Assembly: GCA_030704615.1 (NCBI GenBank)
Contig: CM060731.1
Coordinates: 74,772,001-74,836,000 of the forward strand
Direction of reading: 5' to 3'
From: Takakia lepidozioides
Taxonomy: Eukaryota > Plantae > Bryophyta
Length of the DNA stretch: 64,000 bases
Shown: positions 23,620 to 36,100 of the stretch, one piece after another
Numbering within the stretch: position 1 is the stretch's first letter
Layout: every line of letters begins with the position of its first letter
Position numbers and translations under genes: made by a program
Notes under the pieces: model-generated
What the model was told of the DNA's origin: nothing
The model's input: the letters and a program-made list of their open reading frames with translations, nothing else
The model's database searches: none

Positions 23620-26600
23620 TCATGGATACCACTGTACCCCTTCAACTTATTTGCATTGACTCTTCCCAGCATTTCTTTGTTAATGGTTTGTAACATGGCG
23701 GTGTTGTTATCATACATCTTTTGTATGACATAAGGTCCTTTCCACGGTGATTTAGCTTAGAAGCTTGAATCTTTCCTTTCTTCTGCAACCATAGAACCAA
23801 ATCCCCCGTCTTAAAAGTCTTTAACTTGCCTTCATCAAACTGTTCCTTTCGCTTCATCTGAATTCTGGTCATATTATCAGCTGCATCAGCACGTACTTCT
23901 TCCACATGGTATAATTCATGTTTCCTGACCTTGATGGAGTCTTGCAATTCCATTCTTTTTCCCCACTCCGTTCTCATGGTAGGTAACAGGAATTCCACTG
24001 GAAGTAAGGCTTCCATACCATAAACTAATTGGAATGGTGTATACTTAGTGGTGACTTTATATGAAGTCCTGTATGACCACAAAGCTGTCAGCAGCTTTGT
24101 ATCCCAATCCGTTCTGTTTGCATTGACTATCTTAGCCAAGATAGTACATAGTATTTTGTTGGTAGCCTGCCTGCCCATTACCCTGTGGGTAATATGTTGT
24201 ACTCTTTCTATGCACAATCATAAACTCTTTAGTCAACAACTCAATGGTCTCATTCATGAAGTGACTTCCTTGATCGATCTGATAAATTCTAAGGGACATC
24301 CAAATCGTGTAAGTATGTTCTCGTACAGGAACCTTGCTGTGGACTTGGCTGTGTTGTCCCTCAAAGCTTTAGCTTCCACCCACTTTGTAGTATAATCAGT
24401 GGCTGTAATTATGTACCTGTTTCGTGTATTCTTGGATGGTGGATTAATTGGTCCAACAAAGTCTAGTCCCCATTTCTGAAATGGTTCCGTAGGCATTGTA
24501 GGATGCAAGGCCATTCTTCCAGATCTCTGCAAAGGTCCTAGCCTCTGACATTCATCACACTTCTGACAATACTCATGTACATCTTTGAACAAAGTAGGCC
24601 ACCAGTATCCTGCGAGTAGTATCTTTCTACTGGTAGTCTCTTCTCCAAAATGACCTCCAGCCACTCCTTTATGAACTTCCTCCAAGACTTTATTTACTTC
24701 ATGGTGGTACAAGCATCGTTTTAGTACTCCATCAGGTCCTAACTTATACATTCTGCTTCCTACCATAGTATAAGGTAAAGCTTTGATAGCAATTCTCTTC
24801 CTCTGCTCCTTACCATAACTAGGTGGGCACTGACCATGAGCAAGGTAGTATCTGATTGGCCACTGCCAATCTAACCATTCATCTGCACTTCCTTGCACCT
24901 CCATTACAAATAAACTCGCATCAGGTAACTGATCGTCCACTCCTGTGGCGGCCTCTCCTGTTGTTAGTCGTGACAAATGATCTGCCACAAGATGCAAACG
25001 GCCAGGCTTGTAAATAACCTCGAACTCAAACTCATGCAAGATTATTAACCACCTCGCTATCCTTCCACTTATCAAAGGTTTGTTCACCAGATATATCAGA
25101 GCCTGGTGATCCACATAAAACATAAACTTTCTTCCCCAATAGGTAATGCCTGAATTTCTTGACTGCATAATCATTGCCAATGCTTCTCTTTCCGTTGTGC
25201 TATAGTTCCTTCTCAGCACTGTTCATCAACCGGCTAGCATAGTACACAGGTGAATCTATATTCCCTGTAACATTCTGGGCTAACACCGCACCCAACGCTT
25301 CTCCTGATGCATCGCAGTGAACATGAAATACTACATGCCAGTGAGGGTTAATCAGCACAGGTGTAGTTGTTACTGACAGTGTAAGTTCCTCAAACGCCTG
25401 TTGACATTCAGCTGTCCAGGCAAACACTGCATCTTTCTTCAGAAGCTTGCTCAATGGTGCTGCTATTTGTGCATACCTTTTGACAAATCTTCTGTAATAA
25501 CTGGTTTGCCCAAGGAATCTCCGTAGACTTTTAACATTCACTGGTGGTGGAGATGCTTTAATGGACTCTGTCTTTCCTGGGATCCACAAGGAGTCCTTCT
25601 TACACACAATGTGTCCCAGAAGCACCCCTGAGTTCACACAGAAAGTACACTTCTCTGGATTCAGGCCCAGACCTCTCATCCTGCATCTGGCCAAACATAA
25701 CTCCAATTTATGCAAGTGCTCACTCTTAGAGCTGTACACACTGAAATCATCCAAGAATACCTGCATGAAATCATCCAGATACTCATGAAAAGATTCACTT
25801 ATCACTCTCTGAAAGGTCGCTGGTGCATTACAAAGTCCAAAGGGCATGACTTTGTATGCATAAGCCCCCCAGTCTGTGATGAAAGCTGTTTTCCCTTGGT
25901 CTTCTTCTGCCACTTGCACTTGATTATAACCACTGAAGCCATCCATGAATGAGTACATCTCATGGCCTGCCACAGTGTCTAATACTGCTTCTGTGAATGG
26001 CAAAGGGAAAGGATCTTTCTTCGTACAAGCATTCAGCTTCTTATAGTTCACACATACTCTTAGTTTGCCATTCTTCTTGGGAACTATAACAATGGGTGAC
26101 AACCAAGTTGTATACTCTATTGGGTATATAAACTTAGCCTCAGCCAACTTCTTTATCTCTTCTCCAACCTTCTGTGCGTAGTTGGGATTCATTCTATACC
26201 TCGCCTGCTTGATTGGTACTGACCCTGGTTCCAGTTCAATCTTATGCTGACAGACTTCAGGTGGTATCCCTTTTAGATCCTCATAGCTCCAAGCAAATAC
26301 ATCTCTGTATTTGATGAACAAGCTTTTAGCTTCTTCGAAGAATTCCGGCTCCAAATCAGCTCCTACTTTCACCATCCTCGGTTCCTCCTGAGTTCCCACA
26401 TTTACTTCTCTCACCTGCTCATCAGCTGTGATTGTCCAACCAGTCACCACTTCATCCTTAAGCTCACAGTGGCTGGTTCTTCTAGGATTTCTATTCTCTC
26501 CTCCTTTTCTTCATAGAAATGTGGTGGGTAAATGCTGGTTTCCTCTTCAATTGGTGTTGCTGTCACACTACACCACAGCAGATACCTTCTTAAACAACTT

Positions 26601-29545
26601 AGGCTTTCCAGCCGCATCTCCGCAACCTGCTCCCACTCTGGGTGTGCAGCAAATAGGGTAGCTTCCTGCTCCTCATCCAGTCCTCCTCTCCAGTCATACT
26701 CTCTGACTCCTCGAGGTCTTCTTGTAGCAGGTAATCTACTAGATTTCTTTGTGGTAATTTGTATCTCGTGCATCCCATTATGCACGGTTAGTAACTGAGA
26801 ATTCCAGTCATGGAATACCCTGGCCTGTTTCAGCCACGGACGTCCCAATAATAAGGAGTAAGCCTCCATGACTTCATCCATTTTTAATACAGTTACTGTG
26901 ATCATAAAGATCATTTTCTGTATCTGTATCTTAACTCCTCTTATTAATCCCAATGGCTGTACACTTCTTTGATCTGCCATTGTTACTTGTAAATGGGGCT
27001 GGTTTCATGTTACTTAGACCAAGCTTCTTCCTTAATTGGTCTGTCATGATATTTACTCCAGAACCACCATCTATCAGTACATCAGTTAGTTCTGTGCTTC
27101 CAATTCTCAATTGGATTACTGGCATAGAATCATCAAAGTCCATGACTGGTTCTCGCCCTTCCGGCTTCACATTATAACTGGTCACCTTGCTGTTCAGGTC
27201 TGTGTTTCCTGTCTCTTGGGCAATTCGATTGATTGCCTGATACAGCCTGTGCCTACAATAAGGTGCCACAGCTAATAGCTGTCCAATGGTAATTTCTGCT
27301 TTGGTCTGACATATTACTGCAGCAGCCAAAGTCTCTTCATTACTTTGCATGTCTGCATCTTCTTTTTTCCTTTCTTCCTCACTCCCTTCTTTTTCTCCAT
27401 CCGAATCAGAGGAATCTGCCACAGGAATATCAGTACTCTTTTGCATTTCCCTTATAGTATCTGCCACTTCCTTGTGCAGTTCCTTCTCATCTTTCCAAGT
27501 CTCTTCATCTTCAGGCATATCATTGCCACTTCCATTCTCATCTTCTTCCTCTTCTACTGGAGGTATTAGTTTGGCTTTACTTCTTGTTACTATCATTGTA
27601 CTTACTTCTGGTACAACACATGGCCTAACCATGTGAGCTGCCACCACTGGGCCCTCATTCACAGGAGCTCTCATCTCATTCTGGTGTCTTATCCAGAATG
27701 AACAGGCTGCCTTGCGATGTCCTGGCTGATTACAATAGTAACATAGCTCTTCACCATTGGGTCCTCGCCCTTGGTCTGTTCTTGGATATTTCTATAATCC
27801 TGAATTCCGGTCCTGCCATTGTTATAACCACCAGACCTACCATAGTGGTCCTGATCATTATTTCTTCTTGGCTGGGGCTGCACCTGATGCACCCTTACTT
27901 GCCTAGGTTCTCTTGCAGCTGTCCTTCTGTTGTAGTAACAATTCTCAGTAGAATGGTTATCCATTTTACAGATAGTACAGTGTTTCTCCTTCATGTGGCA
28001 TTCTGTGGTGGTATGGCCTTCATTCTGGCACTTTGCACACCATACACCTTCCTCCAATGTGTTGCAGCCTCTGTGGCATACTTCTTCAAGATTTCTTCCA
28101 TTTTTTTTCATAGTTATCCCTCTTCAACTTCTCCTTTCTCTTACTCTTTCTTTTTAGTTCTTGCTCTTCTTCTTCATCTGACTCATCCTCAGAGTCCTCA
28201 TCTCTTTTTTTCTCTCCTGAGCATTCCCAATTGCTCAATTCTGTTCGCAGTTTCAAATGCCTCCTCCACTGTATTATGGGGTAACATATCCACTTTCTTT
28301 TGCAACTCTGGTCTTAATCCACTCACAAACCAAGTCTTCTGTAAACCGGGCGCTGGTACTGCAGCCAGCTTTTTCATCATCAATTCCATCTTCTCCATAT
28401 ACTCTTCAACAGTTTCATGCTTCTTCTGCTTCAGCTGTTGTAAACTTCCATACACTTCATCCTCAGTTTTACTTGTCCTGAACCTATTTCGAAATGCTGT
28501 ATTCAAGCCATTCCAGGTTAGGAAATGATTATCAGGGAATCTTGCATACCATTCACTTGCTTTCTTGATAAGTGAACAAGGAAACAGTCTCATCTTGGCA
28601 TCATCGCCATTCTCATTGTTCACTATACACATGTGCTCAAATTGGCTAATGTGTACATCGGGATCCCCTTTTCCTATATTGGAAAGGGTGGTTTTGCCCG
28701 TGTTGGTTGTAACGCCATCTGTGGCCTACCTTCTGCCCACTGACAGGTGCTGGCACCCTTGCTGGTGCTGGTCCTTCTGGACCTGTTGTTTTTGTGGTGG
28801 ATCTTCCACCAAGTGGTGGCCTTGAGCACTCCTTGCTTCTGGTCCCACGATATTCACAGTATTCCCAGCTTCAGTTGCACTACTTCCCACACTCCCTGTC
28901 CCCCAGAGCCAGATCCAGGCAGCCCGCCTGATCCCCCTGAGCCGACACCTTCGTTGGCCTGTGATCCAAGTGCTCCACTTGATCCAGGTCCAACGGGTTG
29001 GGATGTCCTGGTTGTAGTCTCAACCTCAGCTGTTGGGTCTACTTCTTCATATTCTTCCTCTTCTAATTTCTTCTCTCTGTTTTCATCCTCCAAGTTCTGC
29101 CCTTGGGTTTCTTCTTCACTCATGTAACTCAACTGTAATGGTGTTGGAGAGTCTGAACTCTCCGTTGGCTCTGCCACATCCTCTTCTCCTTCTTCATCTT
29201 CTGCTTCAGAAACTGGAGTTCCTGCTTTTGGTGTTCCATGCCAACTCTTATCAAAGATTTCTGTCAAGTCTTTTATCCAAGGATGTACCTCAGATCTTTC
29301 ACCTCGTGATTGATCTTCTTCCTGTACAATTCCCTTAATCTTTCTTGCAAAGAAACAGAAGGAGTGGCATCCAACTCTAGTTCTTCCGGTATAGGTGATG
29401 CACTTTTTGATCTTGATGGTGTGAGAGGTCCAGATGATTCCCCTATGTCTATTCCTCTCTCCCAAAGATATGGATAATTAGCTTTCAGATAGCTTTCTCT
29501 TTTTGATGAATATCTCTGTCGTCTAGCTTCTCTTTCATCACTCAT
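23620..29545 (-). pseudogene. gag-pol of Gypsy B, broken by many 1-2 nt frameshifts
   Basis: CAKCQNEGHTTTEC, CTICKMDNHSTENC and CYYCNQPGHRKAAC knuckles; LIDGGSG; FLDDF; HCDASG; HFGEETT..CQKCDEC; WGLDFVGP. No archaeal-type RNase H and no chromodomain seen. Confidence 0.93.
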
Positions 29546-29566
29546 GTCCCATGTCTTTCATTTCTT

Positions 29567-30263
29567 TTAATGTGGCAATAACCAAAACTCTCTTCTGTAA
29601 TATCTCTCGTATATGCCTGGGTTTCTTTCAAGCTTCAATGCACCCTTGGCTATACTTGAAGTCTCCGTTACCATATAACCATATGGCAAACAAGTCTGAA
29701 AAGCTGTTCTTGGTGTGAGTTTGATCCACAAAATATCCTTTGGAATCCAATTCTTTACCAGTACAAGCTCTTCATGCATATGAGTATAAACATTCACCTT
29801 TCTTTCTTCCCAGCCTTCAAACTCTACTCGTTTAATGGATAGCAACGCTATCACATAAACCAATGTTGGTAACCAACGTGCTCTTCCTCTACAGGCTACC
29901 TGATAAATCTTTATCACTCCTTTCTCCAGACCCCATTCTGGTCAGCATCATGCACTCGTTTAAGAATATTTTCTTTATAACATCCGTCTGGCAATTCCAA
30001 GAACCTTTGAAAGAATGTTTGGACAATCTTTCTTCCTTCGTTCCACAGGGATTTGATTCACTTCAAATTCTTTAATGGTCCAACCACCATGATCCCACCA
30101 GATGCCTGTCACATGGTTTGTTCATGTCCCAGGTCCCCAGTATGGTCGCCAAATGTCGCGCGGCTTTTACTCACCCATCCCTTCGCTATCCGAGGCGGAA
30201 ACTCCAAGATAGAAGAGTTGGAAATCTCTAAGTACTCAGCCCGCGCAGAACAAAATCAGTCAT
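29567..30263 (-). CDS. 5' leader ORF of the Gypsy family, starting within the LTR and crossing the PBS (also 8659-8986 and 17500-17979 on +)
   Basis: MIDCS(D/E)RAECLEISNSSILEFPPRIAKGWV..FGDHTGE..WWDH..FFQRFL..WLPTLVYVIALLS.. is conserved in three diverged copies; it is frameshifted in B. Confidence 0.55.
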
Positions 30264-31037
30264 GACCTACAGCTAGTGTATCATGGGGGTGTTTTCCTCA
30301 TTTGTTTCCCTTTTCGCATTCATCTTAGCTACCTTACCATTGATAATTAAGTATCAGTTTGCTTCATCAATCTATCGGTTTCCTTCACTCATCCATTCAA
30401 TCCACAGCTTCACTCAGATCTCTCTACACAGTGTGATTGTATCGTATAAGTATCAGATTATGATTTATCAGGTATCAGGCCGAAGCCATTATGTCTCTAA
30501 TCTGCTCTACAATATCACTACAGTTTGCATATAACAAGCATCTACTAATCCTCTTTTTCCTTCATCGTGCTCTCCATCTCTTGCCTCCGATCTCCGCTCA
30601 GCTGACTCAGAAGTCTCTCCCCGAATAATGATCCCCATTCATTCCCCGTTCTCCCTTTATCCTCCTATCCGCGGTTCTAACCGTTTCCCTCTCTAACCGT
30701 CGTCTGTGAACTAACATGTTCCCTTCACAGGTGTTGTTCCCCACAGTCGTTCCATGTCCTACTCTTCGTTAATATGATCGTGACAGCTTGTGTAAAGCTT
30801 TTGTGACTGGCTGTGTGAAAACTGTGACGGGCTGAGGGGACTGGGTGTGCGACTGTGTTTGCGCTGTGTTGTGGGTGGGATTTGTGTGTGTGTCGGGCTG
30901 TGTGTTGTGAGTGGTGTGTGTGGGTGTGTGTGGTGATGTTTGTTGTCTGTTTGGGGATCGTTGGGTTTTTTTTGGGTTGTGTGGAGGAATGTGACGGATG
31001 TGTGGGATGTGTTGGCTTCTTGTGTCGGCTGTGTTGT
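30154..31037 (-). repeat. 5' LTR of Gypsy B (incomplete; low-quality sequence after ~30770)
   Basis: Matches 17980 onward. PBS at 30134-30151. Confidence 0.9.
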
Positions 31038-31537
31038 NNNNNNNNNNNNNNNNNNNNNNNNNNNNNNNNNNNNNNNNNNNNNNNNNNNNNNNNNNNNNNN
31101 NNNNNNNNNNNNNNNNNNNNNNNNNNNNNNNNNNNNNNNNNNNNNNNNNNNNNNNNNNNNNNNNNNNNNNNNNNNNNNNNNNNNNNNNNNNNNNNNNNNN
31201 NNNNNNNNNNNNNNNNNNNNNNNNNNNNNNNNNNNNNNNNNNNNNNNNNNNNNNNNNNNNNNNNNNNNNNNNNNNNNNNNNNNNNNNNNNNNNNNNNNNN
31301 NNNNNNNNNNNNNNNNNNNNNNNNNNNNNNNNNNNNNNNNNNNNNNNNNNNNNNNNNNNNNNNNNNNNNNNNNNNNNNNNNNNNNNNNNNNNNNNNNNNN
31401 NNNNNNNNNNNNNNNNNNNNNNNNNNNNNNNNNNNNNNNNNNNNNNNNNNNNNNNNNNNNNNNNNNNNNNNNNNNNNNNNNNNNNNNNNNNNNNNNNNNN
31501 NNNNNNNNNNNNNNNNNNNNNNNNNNNNNNNNNNNNN
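31038..31537. other. Assembly gap (500 N)
   Basis: Run of exactly 500 N; contiguity across it is not guaranteed. Confidence 0.99.
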
Positions 31538-32320
31538 AGATATCCAATTTGTGGACTTGGAATGGTCACCTATGAGTAGAGCTTTTGTCTTGGTCTCAAT
31601 TATAACTTTGAAGCCAGAGATGTCACAAAAGCTGAGAAGGGTGTCCTCAGCTGCTGCCAAAGTGGAGGGACTAGCCTCAAGCAAAATAAAGGTGTCATCG
31701 ATGAACATGGAGTCTTTGACCTGCCTCCAAAGTTGAGTCTAGGAATTGTGGAAGTTTCAACCCCTTAACTAGGAAGTTGTCCTCCAGCATATAGCTAAGT
31801 GCATCTGCAACGAAGAGATAGTAATGGCGCCAATGGCCCATCCCCTCCTAACGCCTCTAAAGCTAGAAAGGCTTTGAAAGGTATCCATTAATGGTGACTT
31901 TGCTCCTTGCTCCACCCAGAAGGATCTGAACCCAGTGACAGAAGTTGGGGGGAAGACCCGATTTGCGGAGGATCGCCATGAGGAAGGACCAGTCCACACT
32001 GTCAAAAGCAAATCTAAGAGCCACAAGGCTAGAGCTTGGCCAGTATTGGTGGCGTAGGCTGAGGCCTCTTGGGCTAACAAGACATTATCTAGGATGTCCC
32101 TTCCTTTATGAATCCAGCCTGTCCCGTGCGAATCATAGAAGGGAGCAGTGGGTGAATTCGGAGAGGTAGGGCTTTGGCGATGATCTTGTACGCCACGTTG
32201 AGCAAGGTGATAGGTCTGTAGTTGCCAATAGAGGCCCTGTCTCCCTTTTTCGAAAAAAAGATGATGATCCCTTGGGTCATCGATTCCGGGATTGCCCCCT
32301 TGGGCAAATACAAAAGATAT
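31538..32320 (-). mobile_element. LINE (L1-type) reverse-transcriptase fragment, degenerate
   Basis: KKGDRASIGNYRPITLLNVAYKIIAKAL, GQAGFI, GRDILDNVLLAQE, AFDSVDWSFL, FIDDT, FCDISGFKV. Confidence 0.9.
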
Positions 32321-34719
32321 CATATAAACAACATTCATAATCTAAGTCTGCTTGCCATTGTATCAAAATGAGCCACACCTTACCTTACACCGTCAAATTA
32401 ATATGGAATAAAATAAATGTTCATCTTTTCATAAAACTTGAATATACCCCATCTATCTCGACATTGTTATCAGAAGTCGTCGCTAGTAGTGCGGAGCAAC
32501 GTGAAGCCCTAGTGACGTGTATGTTGGAGGTGTCAAGGCTACAGCCCTTGCACGACACTTTGATAACTAAACGGTACGGGTAGCTTAGTGGTAGAGCAGA
32601 CTCGCTTGCCCCGCACGCTTAGCCGAGCACACTGAGCCCGACCCGGGGGCCTTTTTGTGAAGGAAAATGAATCCTCTTTAGAAGCTATGAATGCGAACAG
32701 GGGGCACCAGGCTGAGGCAAAGAGATGGCACACAACTTTTCATTGAACCCAGACCCACAGGGCAATGCACATATGTTTACCCACCAGCCCCTGTTCTACT
32801 TTGCGCATATTCAAAGGCGCACATTAGAAAAGGCCCGGGAGTTTAATGCGACCCCTTCGGTCTTGCCTGTGACCCTCAATCACCTTAAAAGCTAGCTGGT
32901 CTACTGGGGCTCTTGCCACCGCTCACACATGAAGGGCTCTCGCTGCCAACCAAGTCCTCTTGGCAGGTATAGGGTTTTTTGCATCCACCTGGTCACCCTT
33001 CACCAAATTCATTGAGGAGATCGACGCGTTGCAAATCAGAAACTTCATTTGGGGGTCCATCTCGCCAATCCAAAGCAAAAGACCTCAAGTCTCTTGGCTC
33101 TAGATTTGCCTCCCAAAGAAGTCAAGAGGATTGGGGTTTTAGACCCGGGGACTCAGATTCAGGCTCTTCTCGGTTAATGGCTTCCTAGATCCCTAGGACC
33201 AGAGGGGAGGTGGTGGAAGCTCTGGTGTTGCCAACTATCTTCTCCTCCTCCCCCCTGCGAAACCCACGCTGGCCGGATTCTAACAGGTGGATTGTGCAAG
33301 GCTTCGGCCACAAATCGTCGGGTTCTCCGCTATGGTCTAACATCCGGAAGGCATGGAATTGCTTTAGACCCCTGCTAAGGAAAAAAAAGCATTCCTCATT
33401 TCAAGAGACTCTTCGACATCACCTGTTCCTCAATTCCCCAAACCCATCCCCTTAGGAGAAGGAAAAGCCAAGACATGGGCAGGATGGGAAACGATGGGTT
33501 TCTCCACTGTCAAGAGTATGTGGGACAGCTCTCCGCAGTCCCTTCAACATGCTATGGGCACGAGAAGGCTGCAGTCTGTATTTCCCATATCATCCAGGCT
33601 ATCCCAGATTCTTGGAAACTCTTGCTAAAAGATGGCTTAACTCCTCTTCATCAAAACCAATGGGTCTTAACCATTACCTTACCCCAACGTATTCTATACC
33701 TTACTGAGGCCTCCACCCCGCCCATCTTTGGCTTTGCCTTCTAGGCAGATGCATTCTCTGGCTCCTTCTCCCTAATCTCCCCTCGGATCTATCTCTGGTC
33801 CTTTTCAGACAAGCCTTCCAACCCCTAGCACCTGTTGGCCAATTCTCCCATGGCTCCAGAAAAACATGTTCGTCCACATTGGGGCCTCGGATATTGCCTC
33901 ATTCCAAATGGACCCCGCAGAATGGAGTTAGGCATCTGGGAATGACCTTCTCCCTTTCTTTTCCTACTCAGCTAAGAAGGCATACAAGGCTCTAGTTACC
34001 ACCAACCCTCTTTACTCCAAATGGAAGGACAAATGGGGGCATGCAAACTTCAAAGACGAAAATTGGAAAGGCATCTGGTCTTTGGTTTGGGAAAAGGCAA
34101 AGCCAGCAAAATTTAGTGCATTCCTATGGCAAGTGGCCATAGATTCCCTCAAGGTCGGACATTATCTAAATTTCAGAGAGGCTCTCCTATGCCAGTGCTG
34201 TTCCATGGACACCATTGAGTCCCTAGAGCACTGTCTCCTCCACTATAAAGCTCCAACATCTATCTGGCCATTGGTTAGGTCATTCTACAGGACTTGAGAC
34301 CCCATGCATTTGAGAGAAGCTACCGTGGGAGTAGCTCACGTGAGCAAGCTCACGTTTTGCGTGGTAAATGTGAGCAGAATCCCTTAAGCGTGAGCAGATT
34401 AGTGAAGCGGAGCCTACAACCGAGGGAAAAAGAGGGCCTATTGTCGTGGACGCTAACTCCACTGCATGGACGCAAACTCCTCTCCATCGGACCGAAGAAT
34501 CCGTGCGCCATGACGACAATGTGATATGAATTTGCAATGAAATCAGGGATGCCTCGGCGCGAGCCTGGTCGCGTGAGCATGTGAGCACAGCTGGGCTCAT
34601 GCCACGTCACCTCGCGCCCACCACGCCACGTCACCGCTCACTCCACATCATCTCACGCTCCCAGGAAGAAGCAGATTGTATTTTCCCGCGGAATGGCACC
34701 CTTAACCGCGGAAACAAGC

Positions 34720-36100
34720 TCGACGGCACCGATCATCATTCAAGATTTTGCAGATCGGCAACGAGGTCAGTGGTTTTTTTTTTATTAATATTTTTTTTCT
34801 TAGAAGTCAGTCTTATTCCTGCAAAGAAGTGATGCCGATCATCACTTACAGTGCTTCAAGATTTTTCAGATCGGCATCCAGGTCATTTTTTTTTTAAAAT
34901 AAAAATAAAAATTGGCAGTCAGTATTGTTTCTGCAAGTAAGTGACGATCGGCACCGATCATCAGTTACAGTGCTTCAAGATTTTTCAGATGGTCAAAGAG
35001 GTCAGTTTTATTTTATTTTTATTTTATTTTGGGCAGTCAGTCTTGTTTCTGCAAAGAAGTGATGATCGGCACCAATCATCACTTATAGTGCTTCAAGATT
35101 TTTCAGATCGGCAAAGAGGTCAGTTTTTATTTTTTATTTTTATTTTTTTTTAATTCGCTTTTTGCCGTCAGTCTTTTTCCTACAAAGAAGTGATGGTCGG
35201 CACCGATCATCACTTTCAGTGCTTCAAGATTTTGCAGATCGGCAAAGTTGTCAGTTTTTTTTTTTTTTTTTTGCTGTCAGTCTTTTTCCTACAGAAGTGA
35301 TGGTCGGCACCGATCATCACTTACAGTGCTTCAAGATTTTGCAGATCAGCAAAGAGGTCAGTTTTTTCTTTTTTCTTTTTTCTTGGACACTCAGTCTTGT
35401 TTCTGCAAAGGAGTGATGATTGGCACCGATCATCACAGATTTTTCAGATCGGCAAAGAGGTCAGTCAGTGTTTTTTTTTTTTTTTTTTTTTTTTTTTGTC
35501 TCTGCAGTCAGTCTTTTTCCTGCAAAGAAGTGATGGTCGGCACCGATCATCACTTACAGTGCTTCAAGATTTTGCAGATCGGCGAAAAAGTCAGTTTTTT
35601 TTTTGTTTTTTTTTTTTTTTTCCCTGTTCCTGTTCTTGCAGTTTGTCTTGTTCCTACACAGAAGTGATGATCAACACCGATCATCATGTACAATGTTTCA
35701 AGATTTTGCAAAGTATTTTTCATTTCGGCCAGAAATGTGATTCACATTGTTTGCTTTCGTGTTTGAGTCCTGCATCTTTCCCCCCATTGCAAAGTTAATT
35801 GTCCGTCAAAACGTGATCTTAGGGCTGGAAGGAAGTGATGATCGGCACCGATCATCATTCAAACTGCTGTGTGCTTTACAAAGAAATCTTCATTTCGCCC
35901 AGAAATGTGAATTGCATCGTTTTGCTTTCGTGTTTCTCCTACATTTCCCCGATTGAAACTGAAATATTCAAGAAAATATGACGATCGGCGGCGATTATCA
36001 TATTTAGACCTTCTTCAGGGTGGTACTTGTCAGGTAGTAGAATTCCCATCAACAGTCTCTCACTGTAGGGAATGTGATGATCGTCGGCGATTATCATATT
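34720..36100. repeat. Tandem array of ~110-130-bp units with the palindrome AAGTGATGATCGGCACCGATCATCACTT and poly-T tracts
   Basis: About 9 tandem units at 34720-35710, plus decayed copies at 35832, 35978 and 36075. Confidence 0.9.

Larger units (their letters stand above)
17980..31037 (-). mobile_element. Ty3/Gypsy copy B, near full length (~13.2 kb); the 5' LTR runs into the assembly gap
   Basis: Two near-identical LTRs, PBS, PPT, gag with three CCHC knuckles, PR-RT-RH-INT and a large 3' ORF. Confidence 0.95.

Noticed and set aside
27698-28528. 276-aa plus-strand ORF and other antisense ORFs over Gypsy and PPR
   Set aside because: Shadow frames of real coding sequence on the opposite strand; no motifs.
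30725-31736. Six long ORFs in the ORF track
   Set aside because: Artefacts of translating through the 500-N gap.
32575-32660. Possible tRNA gene
   Set aside because: A-box-like motif only; no B-box or cloverleaf could be built.
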